Source: a candidate division TM6 bacterium UASB124 (GTDB taxonomy: Bacteria; Babelota; Babeliae; Babelales; RVW-14). Taken from it: a stretch of 64,000 nt of DNA. The notes under the pieces are model-generated. The model searched no databases. It saw only the letters and a list, made by a program, of their open reading frames with translations, and was not told the DNA's origin. The stretch covers positions 21,262-85,261 of the forward strand of contig CAMDFF010000001.1 of the NCBI GenBank assembly GCA_945897315.1, given 5' to 3'. Positions 28,002-38,447 of the stretch are shown one piece after another; the first letter of the stretch is position 1, and each line of letters opens with the position of its first letter. The translations under genes were made by a program, and so were the position numbers.

Positions 28002-29198
28002 TTAGCCAAGAATACCTGAAATTATTGTTTTAATCTCAGACGCATTCTTCATGCCTGTCACCACAAGATTAATGAGCAGCGTAGCAATAACCACTTCTTT
28101 GATGTAATTAAATCCCCAAAAAACATATGCGGCGTTGGCTAGAGAAAGTACAATTAAGGCCGGATAACAAATAACTACTAGTGGCTCCATCACAGCCTCA
28201 ATGCCACTAAACCCAAGATTGGTCATAGCAAAATTCATAGCTACTGTAATCATCAAAGCGTGTATATATTTTATACGGGCGCCACACAACTCGCTAGCCA
28301 GATACTCCGCAAAAACTGTAGTTAGTGCTATCGCCGTTGAAAGACACGCAACGACGGTGGTAATATTTGCTAAAATACTTGCAGGCGCGCCAAGCACCTC
28401 AGCAGCAAGAGCGCTGAGCAATTGTCTTTTTTCTATAAACGCTATCGCTAGCCCATGCTGCGCAGCAACCACACTAAAGCCAATATATACCAAGCCAAGC
28501 AGTGAACCACCAATCACGCCAGCCTTAAGGCCATAGAGAGCAACAGCTGCTTGATCACCCTGCTCTTCTGGTTTCATACTTGCTCTAATCGAGCGAACAA
28601 TAAGAGCAGAAAAGAAAATTGTCGCTATCAAATCAAGCGTTAAATAGCCATCCGTAAAGCCTCTGGTAAAAGCTGTTCCGCTGTCCAAGACTGTTGTAAG
28701 TGGTGCAGCGGTAGCGAAGAGACCACATATAATAATAAGAAATAGGAGGGCTAATTTAATTGGACCAAAAACTTTTCCCATTAACTCAACGACCATGCTG
28801 CGCCGCATGGTAGCAAAAAAGATTAGCACAGCAGTAACCACGCTAAATATAAACAGAGAGATCGCCGGTACATGCCAATGGACCGCGCCGTGCGCCAAGG
28901 TAATACACCGCGGCGTCGCGCCTAATGGCCCAAGCAATAACATGCATATAAATGCTATGATCATCCCTGGCCAACGACCAGCCATTCCTAAAAATCTTTT
29001 GTAGTCGCCATTAAACAGTGCTGCTGAAATAAGGCCAATCAGAGGAACTAATACTCCTGTGACAATAAACCCTGCAACTGCAAACAACACCATGCTGCCC
29101 GCATCACGACCAAGACAAAGGGGATATACAACGCTACCTGCACCAAAGAGCATTGCAAAAATAGCCAGGCCCAACTGGACTAAGCGAAAAGGCTGCAT
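28002..29198 (-). CDS. brnQ: Branched-chain amino acid transport system II carrier (LIVCS family), copy B
   Basis: 398 aa, about 12 TM helices, N-terminal FAMLFGAGSVVYPLCLG motif typical of BrnQ. Near-identical length and sequence to the adjacent copy. Confidence 0.85.
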   Translation of the reverse strand: MQPFRLVQLGLAIFAMLFGAGSVVYPLCLGRDAGSMVLFAVAGFIVTGVLVPLIGLISAALFNGDYKRFLGMAGRWPGMIIAFICMLLLGPLGATPRCITLAHGAVHWHVPAISLFIFSVVTAVLIFFATMRRSMVVELMGKVFGPIKLALLFLIIICGLFATAAPLTTVLDSGTAFTRGFTDGYLTLDLIATIFFSALIVRSIRASMKPEEQGDQAAVALYGLKAGVIGGSLLGLVYIGFSVVAAQHGLAIAFIEKRQLLSALAAEVLGAPASILANITTVVACLSTAIALTTVFAEYLASELCGARIKYIHALMITVAMNFAMTNLGFSGIEAVMEPLVVICYPALIVLSLANAAYVFWGFNYIKEVVIATLLINLVVTGMKNASEIKTIISGILG

Positions 29199-29234
29199 AA
29201 TCGCTTCCTTAGAAAATAATTTTTAAACGATACA

Positions 29235-30431
29235 TTAGCCAAGCAGTGCAGCAAGCATTGTTTTAATCTCAGGCGCATGCTTCATGCCAGTCACCACAAG
29301 ATTAATGAGCAGCGTGCCAATAACTACTTCTTTAATATAGTTAAAGCGCCAAAAAACATGTGCAGCATTTGCCAGAGAAAGAACGATCAGCGCAGGATAA
29401 CAAACAACTACTAATGGCTCCATCACATGAGCAAGACCACTAAAGCCTAAGTTTGTCATCGCCAGATTCATTACTACTGTTACAACAAGTGCATGAATAT
29501 ATTTAATGCGGCCACCAAATAATTCACTAGCCATATATTCCGCAAACACTGCAGTCAATGCTATCGCCGTTGAAAGACATGCGATCGTTGTAGTAATATT
29601 GGCCAAGATGCTAGCACGAGCACCAAGCACCATCTCTGCAAGCGCGCTCAGAAGCTCTGTTTTATCTACAAACTCAAGTGCTATTCCATGCTTAGCCGCA
29701 GCAAAACTAAATCCGACATAAACAAGTCCAAGTAGCGAACCACCAATCACCCCAGCCTTGAGACCATACCAAGCGATAGCCGCTTGATCATCACGCTCTT
29801 CTGGCTTCATACTTGTCCGGATAGAACGAATGATAAGCGCAGAGAAGAATATCGTACCGATCAAATCAAGCGTCAAATACCCATCTGCAAATCCACGTGC
29901 AAATGCGGTACTACCCGTCAATACAGTTGTCAATGGCGCCGCTGTTGCAAGCAACCCGAGAGTAATAATAATAAAAAGCAAAACTAATTTAATAGGGCCA
30001 AAGACCTTGCCCATAAGCTCAACAACCATGCTCCGACGAATAGTAGAAAAAAATATCAGAACCGCAGTGATCAAACTAAAAACAAACAGAGATATAGTGG
30101 GTAAATGCCAATGCACAGCACCATGAGCCAATGTAATACACCGTGGCGTGGCGCCTAACGGCCCCAGAAGCAACATACATATAAATGCAATGATCATACC
30201 TGGCCAACGACCAGCCATGCCTAAGAATTTTTTATAATCACCGTTAAACAGTGCGGCCGAGACAAGACCAATAAGCGGCACTACAACACCAGTAATGATA
30301 AAGCCAATAACAGCAAACATTACCATACTCCCGGCATCGCGGCCAAGACAGAGGGGGTAAACGACATTGCCCGCACCAAATAGCATTGCAAATATTGCAA
30401 GCCCTAATTGGATCAAACGAGATGTTTGCAT
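29235..30431 (-). CDS. brnQ: Branched-chain amino acid transport system II carrier (LIVCS family), copy A
   Basis: 398 aa, FAMLFGAGNVVYPLCLG. Colinear with and highly similar to 28002-29198. Confidence 0.85.
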   Translation of the reverse strand: MQTSRLIQLGLAIFAMLFGAGNVVYPLCLGRDAGSMVMFAVIGFIITGVVVPLIGLVSAALFNGDYKKFLGMAGRWPGMIIAFICMLLLGPLGATPRCITLAHGAVHWHLPTISLFVFSLITAVLIFFSTIRRSMVVELMGKVFGPIKLVLLFIIITLGLLATAAPLTTVLTGSTAFARGFADGYLTLDLIGTIFFSALIIRSIRTSMKPEERDDQAAIAWYGLKAGVIGGSLLGLVYVGFSFAAAKHGIALEFVDKTELLSALAEMVLGARASILANITTTIACLSTAIALTAVFAEYMASELFGGRIKYIHALVVTVVMNLAMTNLGFSGLAHVMEPLVVVCYPALIVLSLANAAHVFWRFNYIKEVVIGTLLINLVVTGMKHAPEIKTMLAALLG

Positions 30432-30672
30432 AAACGTTCCTTTGAGGAATGAATTGTGAAAAGAAGTAGCACGACCAACACACTACAAGTGCTCGGGCTA
30501 AGCAATTCATAGTGATGGCAAATTATCGTACCAGTATAGAAAGTCACAAAAAAAATACAAGATTGCCTAACTGAAATACTCGCAAAAACACCCTTCTAAT
30601 CAACATAAACCACTTACTGATAAGCGTATCCACGAGCACTACACGCAAGAAAAACTTTATCTCTCGTTTAAT

Positions 30673-30708
30673 AAAAAAGGGCCACCTCTTACGAGACAGC
30701 CCTTTTTT
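30673..30708 (-). terminator. Probable terminator downstream of groEL
   Basis: aaaaaagggc...gccctttttt with an imperfect internal stem (gggccacctc ttac gagacagccc), 26 nt after the groEL stop. Confidence 0.4.
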
Positions 30709-30733
30709 ATTAACTTGCTTTACGTTTGTGTGA

Positions 30734-32377
<1,644 letters not shown>

Positions 32378-32392
32378 CTAGTGATTGATTGG

Positions 32393-32689
32393 TTACTGGT
32401 TAACAACAGCCAAAAGCTCGTCTTCACGCAATACCAAAAATTCATCGCTACCAACTTTAATTTCTGTGCCAGCGTATTTGCCGAACACAACTTTATCGCC
32501 ATGCTTAACGCTTAGCCCGCGAAGTGAACCATCGTTCAATAATTTGCCTTCGCCAGCAGCAACAACAGCACCCATTTGGGTTTTTTCTTGTGCTGTATCA
32601 GGGATAATAATGCCCCCTGCTGAAACTTGTTCGCTCTCAAGGCGTTTTACCAATACGCGGTCGTATAAAGGTCTGATTGAAGATGTCAT
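32393..32689 (-). CDS. groES: Co-chaperonin GroES (Cpn10)
   Basis: 98 aa, IRPLYDRVLVKRLE...GGIIIPDTAQEK. Lies 30 nt upstream of groEL. Confidence 0.95.
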   Translation of the reverse strand: MTSSIRPLYDRVLVKRLESEQVSAGGIIIPDTAQEKTQMGAVVAAGEGKLLNDGSLRGLSVKHGDKVVFGKYAGTEIKVGSDEFLVLREDELLAVVNQ

Positions 32690-32949
32690 AAAAATCCTCC
32701 GAACAATGTATTTTATTTTATAGGTTTTGTGCGGTAGTCTGAAATCAGCCAGTCCTCACATTTTTGTCTACATTTTAAGTCTATTTTCAGTTTACAGCCT
32801 TCACGTAAAAATGCAACCGACTTCTGATAGCAACAGACTAAGATATTATCAACCACCGCACGCATAGTTTGAATGTCGACAAAAGACGATTTGGTCGTGT
32901 TTTACAACATATTTTACCCAGAAATCATTTACCCCTAGGACTTTTTTTA

Positions 32950-34113
32950 ATGATTAAAAACAAACTGATTTATATGCGAGCCGCCCTAGCAATATTCCTC
33001 TTGCCCGCCAGCAGCTCACTGTGCACCGCCACCGCCTCCGCAAAAGATAAAAACTCTGACAAAATAGCCAGCACCTGGAGAGAAACAAAGCAACGCCTCC
33101 CGTTATTTGTGCGATTCCCATCTCTTGCCGAAAAAATCGCCTATATGCCTCTTGGCCTCTTGCCAACACCACTAGACAATTGCGCTGCGCTAGCACAAAA
33201 GTTGCAAACTGAAACTCTCTTGATCAAGCGCGATGATCTTTCTGGTGAGCTTTTCGGGGGCAACAAAGTGCGAAAACTGGAATTTTTGCTGAGCGAAGCC
33301 TGCGCGCGCGGCGCTGAGCACGTAGTGACCTGGGGCACGCCAGGGTCGCCACACACCACGGCAACGGCAATTTATTGCCACAATTTAAAACTCCCCTGCA
33401 CGTGCATGTACCTACCCAGCCCAAAACTATCCGTAAATGAGCACAACGCGCAGCTCACGAAAGCACATCAGGCAATAGAAGAGACTTATCGCGGATTTGG
33501 CCACCGCGAACAAGCTCTCTACAAGAAGAACAAAGAGTTTCGCGAGCAAACTGGAAAATCTCTGTATTTTATTCCCGAGGGCGGCTCTGACGTGCTCGGT
33601 GCACTCGGCTTCGTCAATGCAGTGTGCGAACTTACGGAACAACTAAAAGCACAACAGGCGCCCTTTCCTGATTACATTTATTTGCTTTCTGGTAGCTCTG
33701 GCTCTGCTGCTGGTTTTCTTGCGGGCCTTGATTTGTTACACATCAAAACAACGCCTGTTATTGTTGCGCTTGCACCGGACAAATACCCACATCAACAGCA
33801 AGACAAAATAGAAAAGCTGTACGCTGAAATAATGGCATATGTGATGCACTTGGATCTAAGAATTCACACATGCAAAACACCGCAAAACACTGTTTTATAC
33901 AATCATGGCTTTTCTCGCGCAAGCGATAACCAGCTGCAAGCTACGGCAATCACAACACAGGACTTGTGTAAGAAAATCACTAGCTATTCTCTCGATCCTA
34001 TTTTCAGCACAAGACTCTGGACGGCTTTTTTGCTAGACTGCAATGCTGAATTATTACAGAATAAGCGCGTTCTTTTGTGGAATACAGGGTCATTGACCAC
34101 TATTAAAAATTAG
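32950..34113 (+). CDS. Signal-peptide-bearing PLP enzyme of the ACC deaminase / D-cysteine desulfhydrase family (paralog 1)
   Basis: Family-defining PLP-lysine motif FGGNKVRKLEFLLSEA, EGGSDVLGALGFV and SGSSGSAAGFLAGL. N-terminus MIKNKLIYMRAALAIFLLPASSSLCTATASA. The ORF track starts at an upstream TTG (32869). Confidence 0.7.
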   Translation: MIKNKLIYMRAALAIFLLPASSSLCTATASAKDKNSDKIASTWRETKQRLPLFVRFPSLAEKIAYMPLGLLPTPLDNCAALAQKLQTETLLIKRDDLSGELFGGNKVRKLEFLLSEACARGAEHVVTWGTPGSPHTTATAIYCHNLKLPCTCMYLPSPKLSVNEHNAQLTKAHQAIEETYRGFGHREQALYKKNKEFREQTGKSLYFIPEGGSDVLGALGFVNAVCELTEQLKAQQAPFPDYIYLLSGSSGSAAGFLAGLDLLHIKTTPVIVALAPDKYPHQQQDKIEKLYAEIMAYVMHLDLRIHTCKTPQNTVLYNHGFSRASDNQLQATAITTQDLCKKITSYSLDPIFSTRLWTAFLLDCNAELLQNKRVLLWNTGSLTTIKN

Positions 34114-34123
34114 GGGATTTAAT

Positions 34124-35287
34124 ATGAAATTATTTCGTTTTTTATTATTGCTCACGCTTGTAAGCACTGTGCACTTGTGCGACGCCACATCATTGTTTCG
34201 CGCATATCCAGCGCTCAAAGAAACTGTTCCCCATGTCTCACTTTGTTCCCCTTCAACCCCGGTAAGAAAGCTCTCGCTCTTCGCATCTTGGCCAGAGGCC
34301 CCAGAAATTTATGTCAAAGACGATAACTGGAGCACGAGCACTTTTGCAGGCAACAAACCTCGCAAACTTGAATTTTTACTCGCTGATGCAAAAGCAAAAG
34401 GATGCGCACACATTGTGACTTCTGGGTCAACTGGTTCAAACTTTGGTTGTGCCACTGCCGTTTTTGCAAAGAAGCTAGGGTTTGCATCGTGCACATGCAT
34501 TTACTCACCACAGATCAATACTAAATATTTACAACGCAATGCATTATGGGCAACGCTCGCAGGAGCTCAATTTGTATTTTGCAAGGATCGTGACGAGCGA
34601 CAAGAGCAGTGCGAAAAAGCCCTTACTTGTGCATCAAGCCGACGTACAAAAACATATTATATTCCTAGTGGCGGATCCAATGCTCTTGGGTCGTTAGGAT
34701 TTGTAAATGCAGCGTTTGAACTCAAAGCACAAATTGACGCAGGCACGCTTCCAGCCCCTGATGAAATATTTCTTACCTTTGGTTCTGGTGGCAGCGTATC
34801 TGGCTTGCTCCTTGGCCTCAAGGCAGCAGGATTGCCGTGTCGCGTGATCACGACATGTGTTGTTAGCGACCCAGACAAAACGGCCTATGATGACATCAAA
34901 AAACTGTTTGACCAAACCAACGATTTATTACAAGACAGCGACCCTTCATTCCCTCGTTTTGCATTAACCAGAGAAGACGTAACCGTTGACCACGACCATT
35001 ATTACGGGGAATACGCACAAATGAACGAGCAAGAATCTCGCGCAATTAGTTACTTACACGCATTAGACGGCATTAAGACCGATGGCACCTACGCAGGAAA
35101 AACACTAGTCACCCTTTTTCATTGGATTCCACGGCTTGCAGGTAAAAAAATCCTCTTTTGGAATACGTTTTGCAGTGGCAACCCAATGGAACAATTTTAT
35201 GATAAATACACCACACTACTAGCACCTGAGTGGCACCCATATTTTGATGGTACCATCCCACTACAAACGCTCGATCAAGGTCTATAA
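34124..35287 (+). CDS. Signal-peptide-bearing PLP enzyme of the ACC deaminase / D-cysteine desulfhydrase family (paralog 2)
   Basis: FAGNKPRKLEFLLADA, SGGSNALGSLGFVNAA and FGSGGSVSGLLLGL. N-terminus MKLFRFLLLLTLVSTVHLCDA. Confidence 0.7.
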   Translation: MKLFRFLLLLTLVSTVHLCDATSLFRAYPALKETVPHVSLCSPSTPVRKLSLFASWPEAPEIYVKDDNWSTSTFAGNKPRKLEFLLADAKAKGCAHIVTSGSTGSNFGCATAVFAKKLGFASCTCIYSPQINTKYLQRNALWATLAGAQFVFCKDRDERQEQCEKALTCASSRRTKTYYIPSGGSNALGSLGFVNAAFELKAQIDAGTLPAPDEIFLTFGSGGSVSGLLLGLKAAGLPCRVITTCVVSDPDKTAYDDIKKLFDQTNDLLQDSDPSFPRFALTREDVTVDHDHYYGEYAQMNEQESRAISYLHALDGIKTDGTYAGKTLVTLFHWIPRLAGKKILFWNTFCSGNPMEQFYDKYTTLLAPEWHPYFDGTIPLQTLDQGL

Positions 35288-35291
35288 AGAC

Positions 35292-36143
35292 ATGACAACG
35301 CAACTAATCGGCTCACACGTGTCTGGCGCAGGCGGGCTGCATAACGCAATCGAGCGCGGTACTTCCATTGGTGCCACCGCTATACAAATTTTCACCAAAA
35401 GCAATCGGCAGTGGTTTGAAAAAAACATTACTGACGCCGACGCTGATTTATTTAAAAAAGCATGGGCTATTTCTCCCATAAAAGAAGTGGTGGTGCATGC
35501 GGCATATTTGATCAATCTTGGCTCTGCAAATGCCGATGTCGCAACAAAATCAATCAAAGCCCTTGCTGACGAAATTAATCGTTGCGCACAGCTTGGCATC
35601 AAATATTTAGTACTTCATCCTGGATCACATTTGGGCGCTGGCGTCGAGCCATGCTTAGCGCAAATTGCGCGCAATCTCGACACTGTTTTTGAATCATGCT
35701 CACCAGGTGTGATGGTACTACTTGAGACCATGGCGGGGCAAGGAACCAATGTCGGTTTCAGATTTGAGCATCTTGCACACGTGCGCGCTTTAACAGCGCA
35801 TAAAAATCGCGTTGGCGCTTGTCTTGATACATGCCACGTATTTTGTGCGGGATATGACATCAGCACGAACGAAGGCTGGGATGCGATGGTCACAAACATC
35901 GATACCTCCATCGGACTAGAAAATGTAAAGGCTATTCACGTCAACGATTCGCAAACAGCGTGTGCTTCAAACAAAGATCGCCACGCTCCTCTCGGTGAAG
36001 GCTTAATTCCACTGAATACTTTTAAACACATGATGCTTGATGCAAGACTAGCGCACATACCAAAGATCTTAGAAACCCCCTCTGATCCAGCCATGGCATT
36101 ATGGGCTAAAGAGATCGCGTTACTCAAAACATTTGTGCGGTAG
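35292..36143 (+). CDS. nfo: Endonuclease IV (AP endonuclease, Nfo family)
   Basis: IGSHVSGAGG, VVHAAYLINL, LVLHPGSH, CLDTCH and IHVNDS...DRHAPLGEG. Start at the ATG at 35292, just after the upstream stop (the ORF track starts at 35244). Confidence 0.9.
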   Translation: MTTQLIGSHVSGAGGLHNAIERGTSIGATAIQIFTKSNRQWFEKNITDADADLFKKAWAISPIKEVVVHAAYLINLGSANADVATKSIKALADEINRCAQLGIKYLVLHPGSHLGAGVEPCLAQIARNLDTVFESCSPGVMVLLETMAGQGTNVGFRFEHLAHVRALTAHKNRVGACLDTCHVFCAGYDISTNEGWDAMVTNIDTSIGLENVKAIHVNDSQTACASNKDRHAPLGEGLIPLNTFKHMMLDARLAHIPKILETPSDPAMALWAKEIALLKTFVR

Positions 36144-36166
36144 TAATTAAATCAAGGAATCATATC

Positions 36167-37051
36167 ATGCGATTATATATTTTAGTTGGTATACTTACGC
36201 TTTCTGGCTGTTCATTTTTTAAGCAAAAACAAGAACCGGTGCCTACTGTGAAAACATTACTCAACGAATTTACTCTTTATAAACTCGACAATCAAAAGCG
36301 CCTCCACGCGGGTGATTTATACGAGCACTCGCTCTGGACACACTATGCCGCAACAGGCCTCATCGAAGACAACAGCCCTTGGTCCACAGGCTTTGATTTT
36401 TCGCAACGCGACAAAGAGCTTTTAAGCCTTGCAGCCCTGTTGCACGATGTTGGCAAAGCAGGTCGAGGAGATCTTTTTGATGGCACACACGCAACCTTGA
36501 AATACCGCCTAGCAATTGATCAAGCGGGAACACCAACAAAAATTACTTACACCAGCGACCATGAAGAACATGTGCTTATTGGATTTGATTATTTGAGTGG
36601 GCTATGGGCACCGCTCGAACAAGGCCGCCAATTTATCTCTTCGCGCAGCATGCCAATTGCCATTCAGCCACTTTTTACACAGCTTAATGTCTCGCTCGAA
36701 GAGCAAAAGCTCGTTGCCATTCTAGTCGGCATGCACTACTCCTTTGGTAGAATTCTACGCGGCGATATGACTTTTGATGATTTTTTGAATGAACTTAAGC
36801 AGTACGCACGCTTTGTAGATTATCAGCCCATTGATGAGAAATTATTGCGATTATCAGTGCTTGTGCAAGTTGCTGATGTAACAGGCATGAGTTACGTTAA
36901 ACCACGGCCAACATGGGTAATACCATCACCAGACGAATGTCCTGTTGCGCATCACAATGTGCCATCAGCCTATGAGCGCTTTGGTTATAACACCAACAGA
37001 CCATTAACAGTTTTTAAAGAATTATTGGCATACTTCAGCATACAAAAATAA
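36167..37051 (+). CDS. Lipoprotein with an HD (metal-dependent phosphohydrolase) domain
   Basis: Lipobox LTLSGC at residues 11-16. H...HD motif (HSLWTH ... LAALLHDVGKAG). Confidence 0.55.
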   Translation: MRLYILVGILTLSGCSFFKQKQEPVPTVKTLLNEFTLYKLDNQKRLHAGDLYEHSLWTHYAATGLIEDNSPWSTGFDFSQRDKELLSLAALLHDVGKAGRGDLFDGTHATLKYRLAIDQAGTPTKITYTSDHEEHVLIGFDYLSGLWAPLEQGRQFISSRSMPIAIQPLFTQLNVSLEEQKLVAILVGMHYSFGRILRGDMTFDDFLNELKQYARFVDYQPIDEKLLRLSVLVQVADVTGMSYVKPRPTWVIPSPDECPVAHHNVPSAYERFGYNTNRPLTVFKELLAYFSIQK

Positions 37052-37187
37052 GATAAAAATTACGCGCATACGCCTGCAAAGAGTTATGACTTGCCATTCC
37101 CTGCAGGCGCTGGATCTAGCTATCCAATCGCTATTATCAAGCGCACCATATTCCATCACAATGATGGTCCAGCAATGCTTATAGTGC

Positions 37188-38246
37188 TTATCTATCTACT
37201 ATTTTTTGTAAAAAAATCATATAAACCCAACTTGCTACCACTGTCAAAAACCCTGCTGTCAGAACATAAAAACTCACCACGCGTAGTGCCAGCATAAACG
37301 CCAGCAAGGCCATGGCAATAGATGCATGCACTGAAAAAAGTAGCACAGCCCATTTCGACCAACCTCGTTTTTGCAAGTAGATTGAAAAGTGGTGCGGGCT
37401 GCCATTGTAAAATGGAATGCCCAACTTGGTACGAATAATAAATAAACCAACAACTTCTAGCAGCGGTATGCCAAGCACAAGCGCCGGAATAAAAAATACT
37501 TCGCACAGCGGCCTGACCATGTTATCGTACCACGCATAATGCCAGGAGGTGGCAAAAATGGTTGGTTCCCATGAAAGCAGCAATGGAACGGCTGCTAAAA
37601 GCCCGCCAATAAACATTGACCCGGCATCGCCCAGATAGATCCGCGCATTCGGTTTGTTGTATACGAAAAATGCGGCAACCGATCCAATAAACACTGTGAG
37701 CAAAAGACTGACGGTGTACGCTTGTTGCATAAGCGCAAAAATCAAAAACACTGTCGCTGAGCAAATAGCAAGCGTGCTACACAAGCCATCCATGACATCA
37801 ACTAAATTGAATGCATTGATGATGGTAAGCAGCCACAGCAACGAGGCCCCAATATTTATGAACGACGTTAAGAATGGCGTCTTGAGCGAAAATCCGCCTT
37901 TTAAAAAACAAAGCGTTGCTATGAATTGCCCAAAGAATTTTTGACTTGGTTTCAGTACCTTTAAATCATCAATTAGGCCAACAAATAATAGAAGCGTAAT
38001 TCCTAATAATAACCACAAGACGCAATTATCAAACGGAAAACATAAACCGAGAGTTGCAATAAAGGGGATAAAGATAGCGACACCGCCCAAATAGGCGACG
38101 GGTGTTTTTTGCAGTTTTAAGCGCCCGTCAGGAGCGTCCATAAACCCTATTTTCAGGGCAGCTTTGATAATAATGGGGACAAGATAAAGCCCCAATAAAA
38201 ACGAAATTACACCGGCAAATAAATGTCGTATCACTACCGCATGCAT
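37188..38246 (-). CDS. Polyprenyl-phosphate N-acetylhexosamine-1-phosphate transferase (GT4, WecA/MraY superfamily)
   Basis: FMDAPDGRLKLQKTPVAYLGGVAI, GLIDDLKVL, NAFNLVDVMDGL and LGDAGSMFIGGLLA. Start at the ATG at 38246 after AGGAG (the ORF track extends to 38366). Confidence 0.8.
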   Translation of the reverse strand: MHAVVIRHLFAGVISFLLGLYLVPIIIKAALKIGFMDAPDGRLKLQKTPVAYLGGVAIFIPFIATLGLCFPFDNCVLWLLLGITLLLFVGLIDDLKVLKPSQKFFGQFIATLCFLKGGFSLKTPFLTSFINIGASLLWLLTIINAFNLVDVMDGLCSTLAICSATVFLIFALMQQAYTVSLLLTVFIGSVAAFFVYNKPNARIYLGDAGSMFIGGLLAAVPLLLSWEPTIFATSWHYAWYDNMVRPLCEVFFIPALVLGIPLLEVVGLFIIRTKLGIPFYNGSPHHFSIYLQKRGWSKWAVLLFSVHASIAMALLAFMLALRVVSFYVLTAGFLTVVASWVYMIFLQKIVDR

Positions 38247-38447
38247 AAAATCTCCTCTCTTCGTGCGCTGTTCTCTTTTTTTAACTATAACGCGTACACG
38301 AAAAAAAACCACTGTGCCTGCTTGTGCTTTCTTGCGCACTAAAAATAGTACGCCAATATTGCTCACAAAATTGAGAATAATGTTATACTAGTTATTAATG
38401 CAGAAGCAGCAACCACATTGGTTTAATCTTTATGATGACTGGAAAGT

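Noticed and set aside
32690-32868. Looked for a CIRCE element (TTAGCACTC-N9-GAGTGCTAA) or a clear sigma-32 promoter upstream of groES
   Set aside because: No CIRCE-like inverted repeat is present. A possible TTGCAT-N16-TAAACT sigma-70-like pair exists, but I do not consider it strong enough to annotate.
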